Both the position numbers and the translations under genes were made by a program. Shown one piece after another: positions 26,212 through 39,828 of a stretch of 64,000 nt of DNA. Under the pieces are notes generated by a model, which was given only the letters and a program-made list of their open reading frames with translations, did no database searches and had not been told where the DNA came from. The stretch is from Octopus sinensis (lineage: Eukaryota), in assembly GCF_006345805.1 (NCBI RefSeq), contig NC_042999.1, forward strand, positions 98,518,001 to 98,582,000, given 5' to 3'. Position 1 is the stretch's first letter. Each line of letters starts with the position of its first letter.

Positions 26212-27584
26212 GAGAGAGAGAGAGAGAGAGAGAGAGAAAGAAGCAGCTGTTTTTGCATCAATACATTTATAAATATATTCCCGAATATAAAGAAGGAAGT
26301 CAGAAGTTAAGCTTCAGAAGTAGTCCTTCACAAACAGATAAAATATCCAGAGGTTACATATAAGCGAAAGTGCAAGTGAAAAGAAAAAAGAACAGATGGT
26401 AATTCTTTACAGCTGTTTCATGAATTGATGCAGTAACTGAGATTATCTATACATAAATATGCAACAAATTGATATTACCTTATGAATATGGAATAAGTCA
26501 ATTTACGCTATAATAGTGTCGCCAGATAATCCCTTCATCGTTCTAGTCGATTATAATACACGGACACACACACGCATACGCACACACACACGCGCATACG
26601 TACACACACACACACACAACATACACACGCACACACACACAAATATATATCTATATATATATATAACATATCTATCTATCAGTTATATACATGTACAATG
26701 TATATATGTACACACATTTATATATAGATGTCAATATTTGTTTTAAATAAAAGATACATAGAGAAACGTAGATACAGACGCGCGCGCACATACACATACA
26801 CACTCACATATATGCATACATACACGCGCACTCACACACACACACACACATACATATAAGTCCTACGCATACACATATAAACTATAATATACCTGCGTAT
26901 ATGTATCATACAAAATATGCGTACATCTCTTAACCTAAATATGCATAACCTCTTAACTAAAATATGCGTACGTCTATTAACGTATACATTCATACATACA
27001 GACATTCATATGAGGAGAGTGATAGGGAGAGAGCGGGAAGACAAAATGAAAGTAGGAGAAATTCATTTAAATTCTTTTAGACACTGTATTTTCAAAAATG
27101 TTTAATCTTATGTAATTATAGATATATTTAACGAAGAGACCGTGCAGTGGGATATATTTTGATATATTGCTAATTGTACTTTAAAAAGACATTTACCACT
27201 GCAGCATTCCCTAATAAAATTTATCTGTAGCTATAGTGTTTGCCTCCCTGAACTGAACTGAACAAAGAGATAATGACAACTATTTTAAGAGAATTAGGCA
27301 TTTTGTCACGTTATATTAGGGTTTATTTCAAATTCGTGTCTTAAGATTAACTCAATGCTAATGTCCTGCAGGTGAGAATGTAGGGATCTTTCGTGACGAT
27401 TAACGCTTGATCACGAAAACTGTAGGAGTAAATACCAATATACATATATAGTGCCATACACACGTGCGTGCATATAGAAGTTTGTATGTATGTATGTATG
27501 TATGTATGTATGTATGTATGTATGTATGTATGTATGTATGTATATATGTATATATAGATATACATATATTTGTGTGTGTGTATT

Positions 27585-27628
<44 letters not shown>

Positions 27629-30109
27629 TATATATGTATTAATATGTGTATTTATCTCTATCTCTCCTTAAATACGTACACACACACATATATATATATA
27701 TGTATATATATATCAAGAGAGAGAGAGAGAGATGCATCACACATATATATAGACAGAAACACACATATAAATATACGTATAGACATAAAATGTGCGTATC
27801 TACGAAAGCAAGAATGTGTGCATGTGTATGTGTATGTCTATGTATACATGTAAATATACATATTTGTGAATATGTGCATATGCTTACATATACACACACA
27901 CACGCACACACACACATACACAGAGAGGGAGAGAGAGAAAAAGAGAGAACGAGAGCGACGTACACATATACATATTTATATGCATTTACACATTTACATA
28001 TGTACACATACTTGCAGACGCATATACACCCGGACACACGCAGTTACTCCATGCGTGTGTTCGTGTGTGTGCACAACGTATAGAAAATTCACTTTTACGG
28101 TAACAAATATTGTGAGAAATAGCTATAGGTGTTGAAACCCAGCTCAGAGATTAGGATATGAAAAGGATTAAAACTGTTCGAAGTGATCATATTATTCGTG
28201 GAACGTTATCACCCTAGACTGGTCTTAATTTCCATTAACAGCATCCTTTCTATTTTAAAATATGGTCTAAAGGCTGTAGGAGATTCTTTATGTGTTGAAG
28301 GTCAATATGCTATTTTGAATATATTAAATGGGCGTAACAAAAATTCAGCTAGCATAAATTTATGAAACCAGAACAACTACGTATTTATTTATGTTATTTG
28401 TTACTACTATCTCTGTAATATTTGTCTGCTCGTCATATGTGTTCCGGTGTTAAAGTCAACGAAATAGAAATCATAGTCAAAATGTCTAACTTAATGAAAC
28501 AAGTATAAGTATTTCACTTGGAATAATCTTAACTATGGAAAGGCATCGGAAACATAATCGAAATTGTCAAGATAATAAAACAATGATACAAAAAGCTATA
28601 CGTTTATGTTTCAATACAAATAAGTACATTTATAAAACGTATCCTGATAGTTTTTCTTGAAAGCATTGTTATATTTTTAATAGTTTCACCAGGGGATCAA
28701 GTACAGTCTCTATAATCGTTTTGTTGAGAACTCCAAGTCTGGTGGGAGGAAGGGGAAGAAAAATCACGACTTATTATTGCAGCAGGAAGCAACGCATCGC
28801 AACAGACAGAACTTAGCTTAATTTATCCGGTGGGCCACATATATACATAAACAGTGTATTTATATCTCGATGCATCTTTAGTGGACATCGATCATATATA
28901 GAGATTTATAGAGAAATATAAGATACACAGATACAGCTTGGTTGTTAAGAACATTTCTCTAATGCTGCCTTATGTTGAAGAATATAGCAACTGACAGTTT
29001 GATCATACAAGAAACAGTTATCAAATAATGTATTCTATTATCAGTATTAGCAGTAACATTTAGGATATTGGATTAGAAGTAAAGAATTTAATGATAATGA
29101 CTGGCAGGTTTTATATCGGCAGATAGTTTTACTATGGCTGTTGAAATCATGTTTTGTTCTTGGATATGAATTATATCGCACATGCCTTTTCATACTGCAA
29201 CTAACATATTTTAATAGGTTTACAGATATTGCGCATCTTATCATAGTCCTTATGATGCGTAGCAAATTCTGGCAATAACTGCATTTCTATTGAATTTATC
29301 ATTATTGAATTAATTGCCGTTAACTGCTATTTTGGAATGACATCCTATCATACAATTTCTAAGCGACGTATCTTTCCACAAGTAGATCGTATGGCATTTT
29401 ACGAAGACAATTAACAATCTTGAAAAACTTTGTCACTGGAACGTTAAATATGATCTTTCAAATGTTAGATATAAAATATAGCTGACATCAGCTAAAATCA
29501 ATGTATATTGAATTAACAAGAGAAAAAAAATGAGAGCCATTTAACTTGTATTGCTAATACATTTTACGTATTAATCACTGAAAATATACTTTACTATTGA
29601 CCTTCTGTTGATTTATTAATAATACGCTGACATTTTCTTCCTATTTCGTTGATCGATAGAACAAAACCGAAATCAATAAGAACACACTTGTCTTCCGCTT
29701 GCTCGCACCATACAAAACATATTTTATATGCTTGAGGAATTATATAGGAGCATAATGCTGACACTATCAAAAGATACGTTTGTGTATTGGTAATATTTTA
29801 TTTAATCGAAACACTGAAAACAACGTTCTTGATAAAATGACGAGTGATGAACACGATTGGCTGGAAACTATATCTGGTTAATTTTCCGGAGGCCACCTTT
29901 AAAATTCTCTCAGATTTGTAGGATGCATATAATACGCCAGGGAACATTATTATGGCAAGTAAGCATATAATACATGTAGATGTGTCACAACATATAAGAC
30001 AGATTAAAACGGATACATCAAAGTCAACATTAATGTAATATAGTCTATCTAGACGTGCGAAATGCGGAAACCTCTATTTAATCGTTCGACTTGCTACAAA
30101 TAGCAGATA

Positions 30110-30857
30110 GGGTAAAGGGTAAAGACCTTCTTTGATCATGAATGACCATAGGATTGCACTAAGAAAGTTACCTTCCGAGGCACAAGTCTGGACAAGGTTG
30201 TTTATGGAAGACCAGCAGTCACCCATGCATATCAGCCTCACCTCTCTACACCACCGATGTTATCGAAGAGAAAGGCAAAGGCTGATACAGCTTGGCACTA
30301 GTGATGTCGCAACTGATTTTTACAACTGAGTGAACTGGAGCGACATGAAATAAAGTGACTTTCTCAAGAACATAACACACATCCCGGTCCGGGAATCGAA
30401 CTCATGATTGTGAGCCTGACGCTCTAACCCAGTGGTTCTCAACCGGAGTCCAATCACCAACTATGATCACATAGAGTCTATATGGTTCTCAACCAGAGTC
30501 TATATGGCCCTAAGGATTCATATAAGATTTTGTGAGGTCCACGTAAAAAAAAAGAGTAAATTAAAGATCCACAATAGAAGTTGAAGGGCCCCTGAAAAAA
30601 TGTTGCTTTAGATGTAAGGATTGGTATGTATTGCAAGAAACTGCAAGGATTCTTTCTCTAACATTTTACATAGTTCAACCTACGCAAATCAATGTGTGAA
30701 AAACAAAACAGGAATTTTGAAAGACGTTTCTATAAAACCAGATTTTAAAAATTGAATGGCTAGAGGGGTCCATCAGAATAAAATAGTTATCAAAGGGGTC
30801 CATAGATAAAAAATGGTTGAGAATCACTGCTCTAACTACTTAGCCACGCGTCTTCAC
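30110..30857 (-). mobile_element. SINE family B interrupted by a hAT MITE
   Basis: Colinear with 21395-21738. The head sequence resumes after 30829. Confidence 0.9.
30430..30829. mobile_element. hAT (Charlie-like) MITE with an 8-bp TSD
   Basis: TIRs are cagtggttctcaacc / ggttgagaatcactg. The TSD is ctctaacc (30422-30429) versus ctctaact (30830-30837). Confidence 0.92.
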
Positions 30858-31859
30858 AAATAATAGCTAAACATCGCTTAAATTACAGACTTGAATAAAG
30901 TAAGGAAAGAAATCGTTAGATAACTTAGCCCTACATACTTCTAAAAGAAACAAAAAAGCAAGATGGTCATAGTTGGAATGTATTTGATTATAAATCTTGT
31001 CTGCTGGATTAGAGTTTCGCTGAGCCTAAGTAGCAAGAACTAATACAACTACCGTAGCCACAACCACTGTATAAAAGTATCAGAACCTGCTGGAGTCATA
31101 GGGTTACTTTTATAATACATATGGCTTGCCTTGCGCATTCAGCCTAGCACGTTCCATCCGTCCTTGATCACTGCCGATTTCTTCTACTACTAGAGAGACA
31201 GTAAAAAAAGAATGTAAGTGTGAGATTAGGAAGAATCAAACAGTACTGAACAAGAACTTTGTTTACATACACTGAAAGAGTCAAAGACAAATTTAACCTA
31301 CATGGCATTTGAGCGTTTAATACAGATACCCGGAACGAACATCGCATGTCTTTCCATCCAACTCTCTAACAACTCTTCCAAATGAACGCTATTATAAATA
31401 CTGAACAACAAATACCATAAAGAGAAGACATGATTATATTACAGAAAAATATTTTAAAAAATGATTTCTAACACAAGCAAGCAAGAGGTCTGATATTTTG
31501 TTGAGAATGTTTTACTTGATTATATGGAACTCAGATTTAGACTAATATTTACTTTTACTGAGCCAATAGAAATTGGACAACAAATAATAAAGGAGTGTGG
31601 CAAAATTCTGCAAAAGCATTTTGCCGTTCTGTTTAATGAAAGAAATTGAAGACATAAAACGAAATTTTTAACATACGTTGCGCTTGAAACAACAAAATCG
31701 AAGATGTAATTAACATTTTAAATTTAATGAGACAATGTTATGAAAATCTGTAAGTTTATGTATGAAAACTGAAATAAGTACGTTTTTAAAACGACGGACT
31801 TCTACACTGCTATTCTGTAACTACATTACTCTAGATATCTTATAGCTAAGAATAGCTAA

Positions 31860-32150
31860 ACACATATAGAAGCATGGCTATATCAACTGCTTGGTAGACC
31901 ATAATCTTTGTCTTCAAAGTTAGGTCTTTGTTTTTAAATACACGTCTTGTTAGTTTAACGAAAGCTGAGTTAGCCGATCTGATTCTTCGTTCCACATCTT
32001 GCCCAGAATTGCATTTGGTGGAGAACACGCTTCGAAGGTAAACAAAGTGATTAACTTGAACTAATGGTGTGCTCGAAATGACAATGTTAAAATCCAGAAG
32101 GGCAGGATTCGGGGCTGGTTGAGCGGGGACTTGAGTATTTTTAAGTATCT
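31860..32150 (-). pseudogene. RTE/BovB-type LINE reverse-transcriptase C-terminal fragment
   Basis: ORF 31846..32226 contains PLVQVNHFVYLRSVFS...DVERRIRSANSAFVKLTRRVFKNKDLTLKTKIMVYQAV..MLLY. Confidence 0.85.
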
Positions 32151-32639
32151 TCAGTGAGCCCAAAACGTTGATATGCATTGGTGTAATTATTGACACCTTT
32201 TTGCAGTTCAATATATAATTACACACTCTACATTAAGCAATATGTGAATAACTAAAAACATTTATAAAAAATGAAAGATGACGCAACGCCTTGTGGAGCG
32301 CAAATTCATTAGATTGTTCAACAAATTCAGGGATCAGTTTTCAAAATTGCATATTTTTTAGGACATAATTTGGGCGTTTCTCAGTAAAGATTAATATATA
32401 CAGGAAGCATTAAAAATATATCAAAAATGTAAATTGACTATGTATAAATCGACATCTTCCTCATCTTCGTTATATTCTCGTTTTTTCTCATAATTCTGAG
32501 AATAGAAAAAGGTTTTTACTGAAAGATTTACAGTTTGTTCACTTTTAATTCAATTAGTCGAGAACAATGTTTCTTAAGTGTTAAAAAATGTAAAAAAGAG
32601 AAAGAAAAGAAAAAGGAAAACAAGAGTAATAATCTTTTA

Positions 32640-32965
32640 TCTTTGTAGTTCATATTTTGCTTGTTTTAGTCATTGGAATACTGCTATGCTGGGTTCACTA
32701 CCAGGTTCTTATTCTACCGGTCTCTTTTGCAGAACTACTAGGTGACGAAAATATAAACAAACTAACACCGGTTGTCTACTGGTGGTGGTGGGACAAATAC
32801 AAACACACACACACACATAACTGATTCTACACAGTTTCCGTCTACCAAATTCACTCACAAGGCACTGTCCAGCTCGGGGCTATAGTAGATAGCACATGCA
32901 CAAGGTGCTGCGCAGCGGGGGAAGACTCTGAAGTCGCATGGTTGCAAAGCAAGCTTCTTAACTTC
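32640..32965 (-). mobile_element. SINE family D, decayed
   Basis: Reverse complement of gccttgtgagtgaatttggtagacggaaactg and gcaaaagagaccggtagaataag. Confidence 0.8.
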
Positions 32966-33237
32966 ATAGACCGTCTGCACCGATTTGTTTGATGATGAAA
33001 AACAGTAGCAGTTAGATATTCACGTTCGAATCTGACAGAACGTACTGAGAATGAATAGATGCCTTATTGCTTATAGAGATATTTATTTTCTGACATACAT
33101 ACATGCATACATACGTATGTATGTATGTATGTATGTATGTATGTATGTATGTATGTATGTATGTATGTATGTATGTATGTATGTATGTATGTATGTATGT
33201 GTATATGTATATAAATATATATATATATATATAATAT

Positions 33238-33307
<70 letters not shown>

Positions 33308-33639
33308 TAAATGCATGCATATATATAGCATATTCTTGTGATCTTTAGTTATGTCATTTTTTTTGTTTAATTTTATATGTCACCGCATTATCGTGGGATA
33401 CTTCTTATAAGTTAGTTAAATGATTTTGTCCTTAATATTGCTTGGCGGTTCGGTATATGGAGATTAAATTAAAGTTAAAGTGACAGTGTTCCACAGTTCC
33501 GATTACATGGTCTAAGCCCTATTGGCTAAAAGAGAGAAGCACAAATACATAACCAACTGAACTTAAAAATTTATCTCTTTCATCCCGAATCCTATTTTGG
33601 ATAGACCACTCCAAGCGTTTTACTAATTTTCAAACATAT

Positions 33640-34470
33640 TTTCAGAGGTAGTGTTCACTTCTCGTAGCAATTTTTCTTTCACTTATTTTCTGTCATCGGA
33701 AATCGATGATCTTTCAGAGTAGTTTCTAACTTAGGAAAGAAAGTTAAATCTACGCAGAGATGAAATCCAGAAAGGGAAGTTGCTCTGGGGTGAAACTCCC
33801 TTCCAATAAGGTATGATGAGCGTGCAAAAGCTTTGTGTGGTGCAACATCCAAGTTGTGTTTGTCCATGCCTCAGCCCTCTCCCTCGTAACTACTTTTGTC
33901 AAATGCTACATACATATATTATATATATATATGAAAAAAAAATGAGGAGCATCACCTTCACATGTAAGTAGCCTTGAGGCGGTTGCTGCGACGATAATGT
34001 ACTCCATTGCAACAACGATCTTTTTACACAGCTATGTTTCGTCACGTGTTATAACACTTTTCAGAAAGTTTCTATCAACATCCGAACGACTGATCGGAAC
34101 TCAATTTTATTTTGGTTTATCTCTCAGCAGACCTGGGAAAATTTTTTGCTGTGACACGATGCGTCTTGAATTTGTTCTCTTACCACCTTACAACACGAAA
34201 TTTCACAGATACCTACCACTTTAGAAATTTTACGGGAAATGAAGCGACAATTATTTTCACGATGACAGTAGGAACTTTCACAAAATGATTGTGTGCAGTC
34301 CAAACACTCTTTCACGTTGTTTTAGCTACATTACAATGCATAGTTCCAGTAAAAAAAGTTTTCTCAGTTTGAAACAAAATTTCTTTCAAACACCTTGTTA
34401 TTCCAAATTCAGTCTTCCGTGTAACAAATCATGAAGTACATCATACAAGTGCGGTGTAATGATAGATTAG
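33640..34470 (-). pseudogene. Decayed, internally deleted mariner transposase
   Basis: The minus strand gives KFCFKL.KT (~34390), ENKFKTHRVTAK.FPGLL (~34170-34120) and APHKAF...FFPKLETTLKDHRF (33679..33867). Confidence 0.7.
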
Positions 34471-34614
34471 GCTGAAGATGACGCTCACCAATACGTAGCA
34501 TTGCAGTCTCATAAACTTTGCGCCAAATCTGGTTGACCCGGTGTTTTACAAGTTTGTTTTCGTTTGGATAAATTTTGTGTGCGTGCGTGTGTGTATGTGT
34601 AACTGCTTACAAGT

Positions 34615-34652
<38 letters not shown>

Positions 34653-34653
34653 T

Positions 34654-34706
<53 letters not shown>

Positions 34707-34846
34707 AATATATATATATGTAATTCTTTTCTGAACAGTGGATTTCGAAGCAAATAAAACTGTGTTTCGAGATCCCCCGGTCCCCACAAAAAGATAAAAG
34801 AATTATTTCATGCTTTCTCGAAAGTTTATAAAATCTTGTGATGTCA

Positions 34847-34919
<73 letters not shown>

Positions 34920-35614
34920 TACATTTTCAAATAAAAAATAAAAATTATTTCACCACCGTTACTGCTCGCAAGAAATATAAAGGCATCGCCAGAAATACTT
35001 CATAATACAAATGTGTAAACGTATAAAACCGACCCTTCGTGTTATTTGGAAGCTAACATTATTGGAAGTAACTTGAGTTGAACGAAAGCAAATTGATTTC
35101 ATACTCAAGTATTTTTTATCAAGGAGAAACAAAACAGGAAAAGAAAACCTATAAAGTTAGTCCAAAAAGCAATGCAATATTTCCTTTGTCTATGGATATC
35201 ATGTAGGGTATAGAATAATATTATTTTAATGAATAATTGAATAACAAGGCTTTTCTTTAGATCTTTTAGTATCAAAGTGCCTGCTTGAAGAGGACTTCTA
35301 AAGTAAGAATTAATGTAGAATCTTTACAGACTCTTGATAAAAAGAATAGAACCCTAGAGATTAACTGTTCAAAGTTCTAGTATTAAAATAAAAGAAACGA
35401 TACCTACGATCTGAATACCTAGTTTAGTGGAATATCAGCTACAGTATAACTAATGAATAAAGATGAGGTAACACTTAACACTTTCTTATTAATCTACACC
35501 TGTGAGAATATTAAATGAAGGCGTAAGGAAATGATGGAATAACGTTGGCTAGAGTATAAATAACTTTTATTATCTTAATAAAAAAAAATAACAGATTATT
35601 AAACTGATACAGTT

Positions 35615-35730
35615 AAATCTATCTTTCAGCAGACCTGGCACAAATTTTTGCAGTGACACGATGCGTCTTGAATTTGTTCTCTTACAACCTTGTGACACGA
35701 ACCTTCACAGATAGCTACCACTTCAGAAAG
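35615..35730 (-). pseudogene. Second short copy of the same mariner segment
   Basis: Closely similar to ~34110-34225. It encodes ENKFKTHRVTAK followed, after a frameshift, by KFVPGLL. Confidence 0.7.
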
Positions 35731-36289
35731 ATTCTTGCTAATTTCCCTATAAGTTGTATTTTAAAGTCAAGCTTTATAACTATAATAACTGGAAGCTAAA
35801 ACATGGAATTCATATATTTTACTTCTGTTACATGTAACATGTACAATAGCTTTAGAACATTTTGCTGTATTTCTAGCTGATTATATTCTCGCACGCAATT
35901 TTTTTTTTTTTACATATCATTGAGATTACACACAGACACACACATACATATGTATGTATGTCTATGCGCGTGAGTATATACACGAGTATACGTGCTTGTG
36001 TGCGTGTGCATGTCTGTATATGCTTCTGCGTTTGTGATTCACTTTCTTTGGTTATTAATTTTACCATTCTCCTTTGGTTTTATTTTTGCTCAGAAACTAA
36101 TTCTTTAATCTTATTATTTTGTATATGATCACGGATATGCTTCATGCAATACATGCTTGACTATCAGTATTAAGGGAACTGAAAGCAGCTTTATAGACGT
36201 AATTTTTTCCCACATGCACACACCTGGGGCTGATAAGTGTTATCATATAGATACTACCATATTATTATAACAGTTGCTGTAATACCACT

Positions 36290-36660
36290 TAACAGATTCC
36301 ATAGATAACTAGATATCATTTTATGGCAAACTATAAAAGCTATTTCACAATACTTTATGCCTCTTTCAGAAACTGGGTGGTGAAGTTTAATTTGGTGAAA
36401 TATATTTTTAGATAATACATAAAGCTATATCTAACGGCTTAAAAAGCACATTTCTTTCCCTTAGAATAAGTATTGCCCCCCAAATCAGCCTATCCCATAT
36501 AAACACAAAGTCTAGGGTTTGAATTACTGGCAATTATATTGCAGTGCCCCATAAAATGAAGCTTATCTTTAACAAAGCTACTTCCGGAACAATATATATA
36601 TATACCAATAATACTTATAAAATAAAAACTCCATTTGGAAAATTAAATGTCAAGCGCTTA
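36290..36660 (+). pseudogene. Possible Penelope GIY-YIG endonuclease relic
   Basis: The peptide fragments YASFRN (~36360) and TYKIKTPFGKLNV (ORF 36544..36762) resemble NHKASFR and I..F.T..P.GLNV. The match is weak. Confidence 0.3.
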
Positions 36661-37003
36661 ACCACGTACATAAACAAACTAGTGGTCTACAAAATAACCC
36701 CCCCCCCAAAAAAAAACAAGCAAACAAATAACTTTACAAATATTTATATTCCAAAAATTTGAGATGTTCGACAAACCCAGTTATCTTCGTCGCTCAAAAC
36801 CCATTGACTACTTACCTTCATTTCATTCAATTGTTTTATATAACGTCCGAGAAAAGAATCGCTTTTCAAAACGCAAAGAAGGAACAAGAATAAACTAAGT
36901 GAAATTCAGGCATTTAGGTTATTAGTAGCTATATAATATCATGTAATATAGTATACATACATATATATATATATTATATATATATATATATTATATATAT
37001 ATA

Positions 37004-37069
<66 letters not shown>

Positions 37070-37437
37070 GGGGGGTGCTACACACATACATACATATAGA
37101 CAGACACATACACACATACACACATATACATACGTACAAACATACATACATACATACATACATACATACATACATACATACATACATACATACATACATA
37201 CATACATACATACATACATACATACATACATACATACATACATACATACATACTTAATAGACTTGTATAAATGAGATATACTTACATTATACAAATTAGT
37301 AGATCCAATTCTCTGCCGGGTGGCAGCAGCGTTTAGAGAGGTTAAATAATAAACACTTAGAGAAGTTAAATAATGTCAGTAGTCATTGTTAAATATTTCA
37401 CTATATTCTAATCCATTGTTAATATATCAATGGCAAG

Positions 37438-37834
37438 AAGGCGGCGTGCTGGCAGAAACGTTAGCACGCCGAGCGAAATGCGTAGCCGTATTTTGTCTGC
37501 CGTTACGTTCTAAGTTCAAATTCCGCCGAGGTCGACTTTGCCTTTCATCCTTTTGGGGTCGATAAATTAAGTACCATTTACACACTGGGGTCGATATAAT
37601 CGACTTAATCCGTTTGTCTGTCCTTGTTTGTCCTCTCTGTGTTTAGCCCATTGGGGGAGTAAAGAAATAGGTATTTCGTCTGTCTTTATGTTCTGAGCTC
37701 GAATTCAGCTGAGGTCGACTTTGCCTTTCATCCTTTCGGGGTCGATAAATTAAGTACCAGTTGTGTACTGGGGTCGATCTAATCGACTGACCCCCTCCCC
37801 AAAAGTTTTGGGCCTTGAGCTTAGAATAGAAAAG
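37438..37834 (+). mobile_element. SINE family A dimer with a decayed 16-bp TSD
   Basis: aatatatcaatggcaa (37421-37436) versus aatatttcagtggcaa (37835-37850). The junction gaaatag|gtatttcgtc is at 37670. Confidence 0.92.
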
Positions 37835-38071
37835 AATATTTCAGTGGCAAAGTAGAGTGGCTGAAACTGCAGAAAGCAATATTACACTTTTCACGTTTCA
37901 AGTTCAAATCCCCAGTAGTATCATGTTTGTCTTTCTTTTCACCGGATCGATAAAATTGGTAGACACCAGTAATGTATATCTCTTTCTCTCTGTCCTTTAT
38001 GAAAAATATTAAGATAAACAAAAGCTGTGAATATTTTACCTCAAGCCAGCCTTTTGATCGTGAAAAATTGC

Positions 38072-38221
38072 TCTTATGAAAGTATGTTTGGATGTATTTA
38101 TACTGCATTCCGTTTTTTGTATAAACTGATTCTTCATTTTATATTAGCCCGAATGTCTGTTGTAGTTAGTTGCTCCTGTATTTCTTATTTAAGTCACCAT
38201 AGCTGGATTAAATTATAATCA
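38072..38221. repeat. ~150-bp direct repeat, copy 1 (copy 2 at 39681-39828)
   Basis: Shared blocks are tcttatgaaagtatg, gatgtatttata, cgaatgtctgttgta and aagtcacca..agctggattaaattataatca. Confidence 0.85.
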
Positions 38222-39680
38222 AAGATGTTCTAGCCATGGTCACTCCATAATTTGTATATCTAAAACATACTGCCTGATGCATCCTTCTTTTTTGAAATGA
38301 TATGGTGTGATTTGAGGGACATTTGGTGGTTATGTTTTACCAGGTCGAATAACCACATAGACCACGTCCAATATTTCGCCATAAGTCGAATTTGAAACCA
38401 TCTAACGAAGTTTCTAAAACCACATATGGAAAATAAATAAATAAATAAATAAATAAATACATCAGCTGTTCAGATCTGAAGGTCAAAGCAATCATTGAAT
38501 ATATATATTGTATATCTATAAACTTACAAAATTACATATTCATTAGTTTTCTCCAAAAGTTCTTTTGTACTTGAACTTGAAATTTGTTCATCGTACTAAA
38601 AGAGGTAGAACGCCACCACCGAAAAGTAGAGCAGCATATCAATCTTATGAAAAATAAATAAATAAATGGTGGATTTGTTTTGAGCTAAAGTTAGAAATCA
38701 CTCCTTCCAATCTCGTGTTCTACATGGTTTATTTGCTTCTAGATAAAAATCACTTCCTCTCATCTCTTCTTCCTTGAGGTTATATTTGACCTTCATGAGG
38801 AAGAAGAAGCAGTTTTACTTTTCCTCTCAAACTCTTATATAAGCGAACTATTATGCAATTTACTTCAAACATTAAGATTATTTCATACTATGAGGAATAT
38901 CTTCATATTTAAAAAAATGGTATTTAATTAAGTTCTATTTTAAACCTTCAGAAAATCATGCTTTAATTTTAAAAGATTAAATTTACTCTAAGAATCAGAT
39001 GCACACCTTACAATTAATAAGACGGTATATTTTTTATTGATTGTTCCATAAGTTATTGCCGCATTCAGTCAACATTTTCAATTTGAATTTTGATAATCCT
39101 CACTTAATTAATCCTTTAACTGATTTACTTTTTCATCTGGAATTTAAAAGGTGGAGTTTAATTATGGCTCAAGGAGAAAGAGGAATATTTATTGACTTTC
39201 TTTTCGTCTCCTTGCACTCCAGGAAGGAATCGAAACTTCATCAAGTTGAAGTTCATTTGCTGAGTGTTCTGCTTCAATTGAGGCAAACCAAAAGTTATTG
39301 CGGAACAGGGATAGAATTCTAAAAGGATGCATTTTTTTGAGAAGGAAACAGAAAAGGAAAGCTGAAGAAGAAATTGGGCAGAATGGTACAATGATTATGA
39401 TTACTATCCAAACATTTGAAAGTGGCGAAGTCGAATAAACGTATACTCGTACAGACTTATATTTTTTTCTATCGACCAGGGAAGGATAAAAAGCTAAGTC
39501 GCTCCTCCCTTACCTAATTTGTTTTCAGATATTACCAAATACCTTAAGGACATTTTCACATTGCTCTACCGATTCTGTAATCAACTTCAATATTAACCAA
39601 AAATCAACTAAATGAAAACCAAAAGAGAAAAGTAAGCATCTTGTCAGAATTTGGATAATTATTAATGTCATCAATATATG

Positions 39681-39828
39681 TCTTATGAAAGTATGTGTTT
39701 CGATGTATTTATAGTATTTATATTACATTTCGTTTTTGTATAAGCTGATTCTGCATTTTATATTAATACGAATGTCTGTTGTATTGCGTTTCTTACATAA
39801 GTCACCAAGCTGGATTAAATTATAATCA
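39681..39828. repeat. ~150-bp direct repeat, copy 2
   Basis: Same blocks as 38072-38221, with indels. Confidence 0.85.

Noticed and set aside
39041-39391. Overlapping short ORFs as a gene
   Set aside because: No recognisable domain, and the most protein-like frame has several stops.
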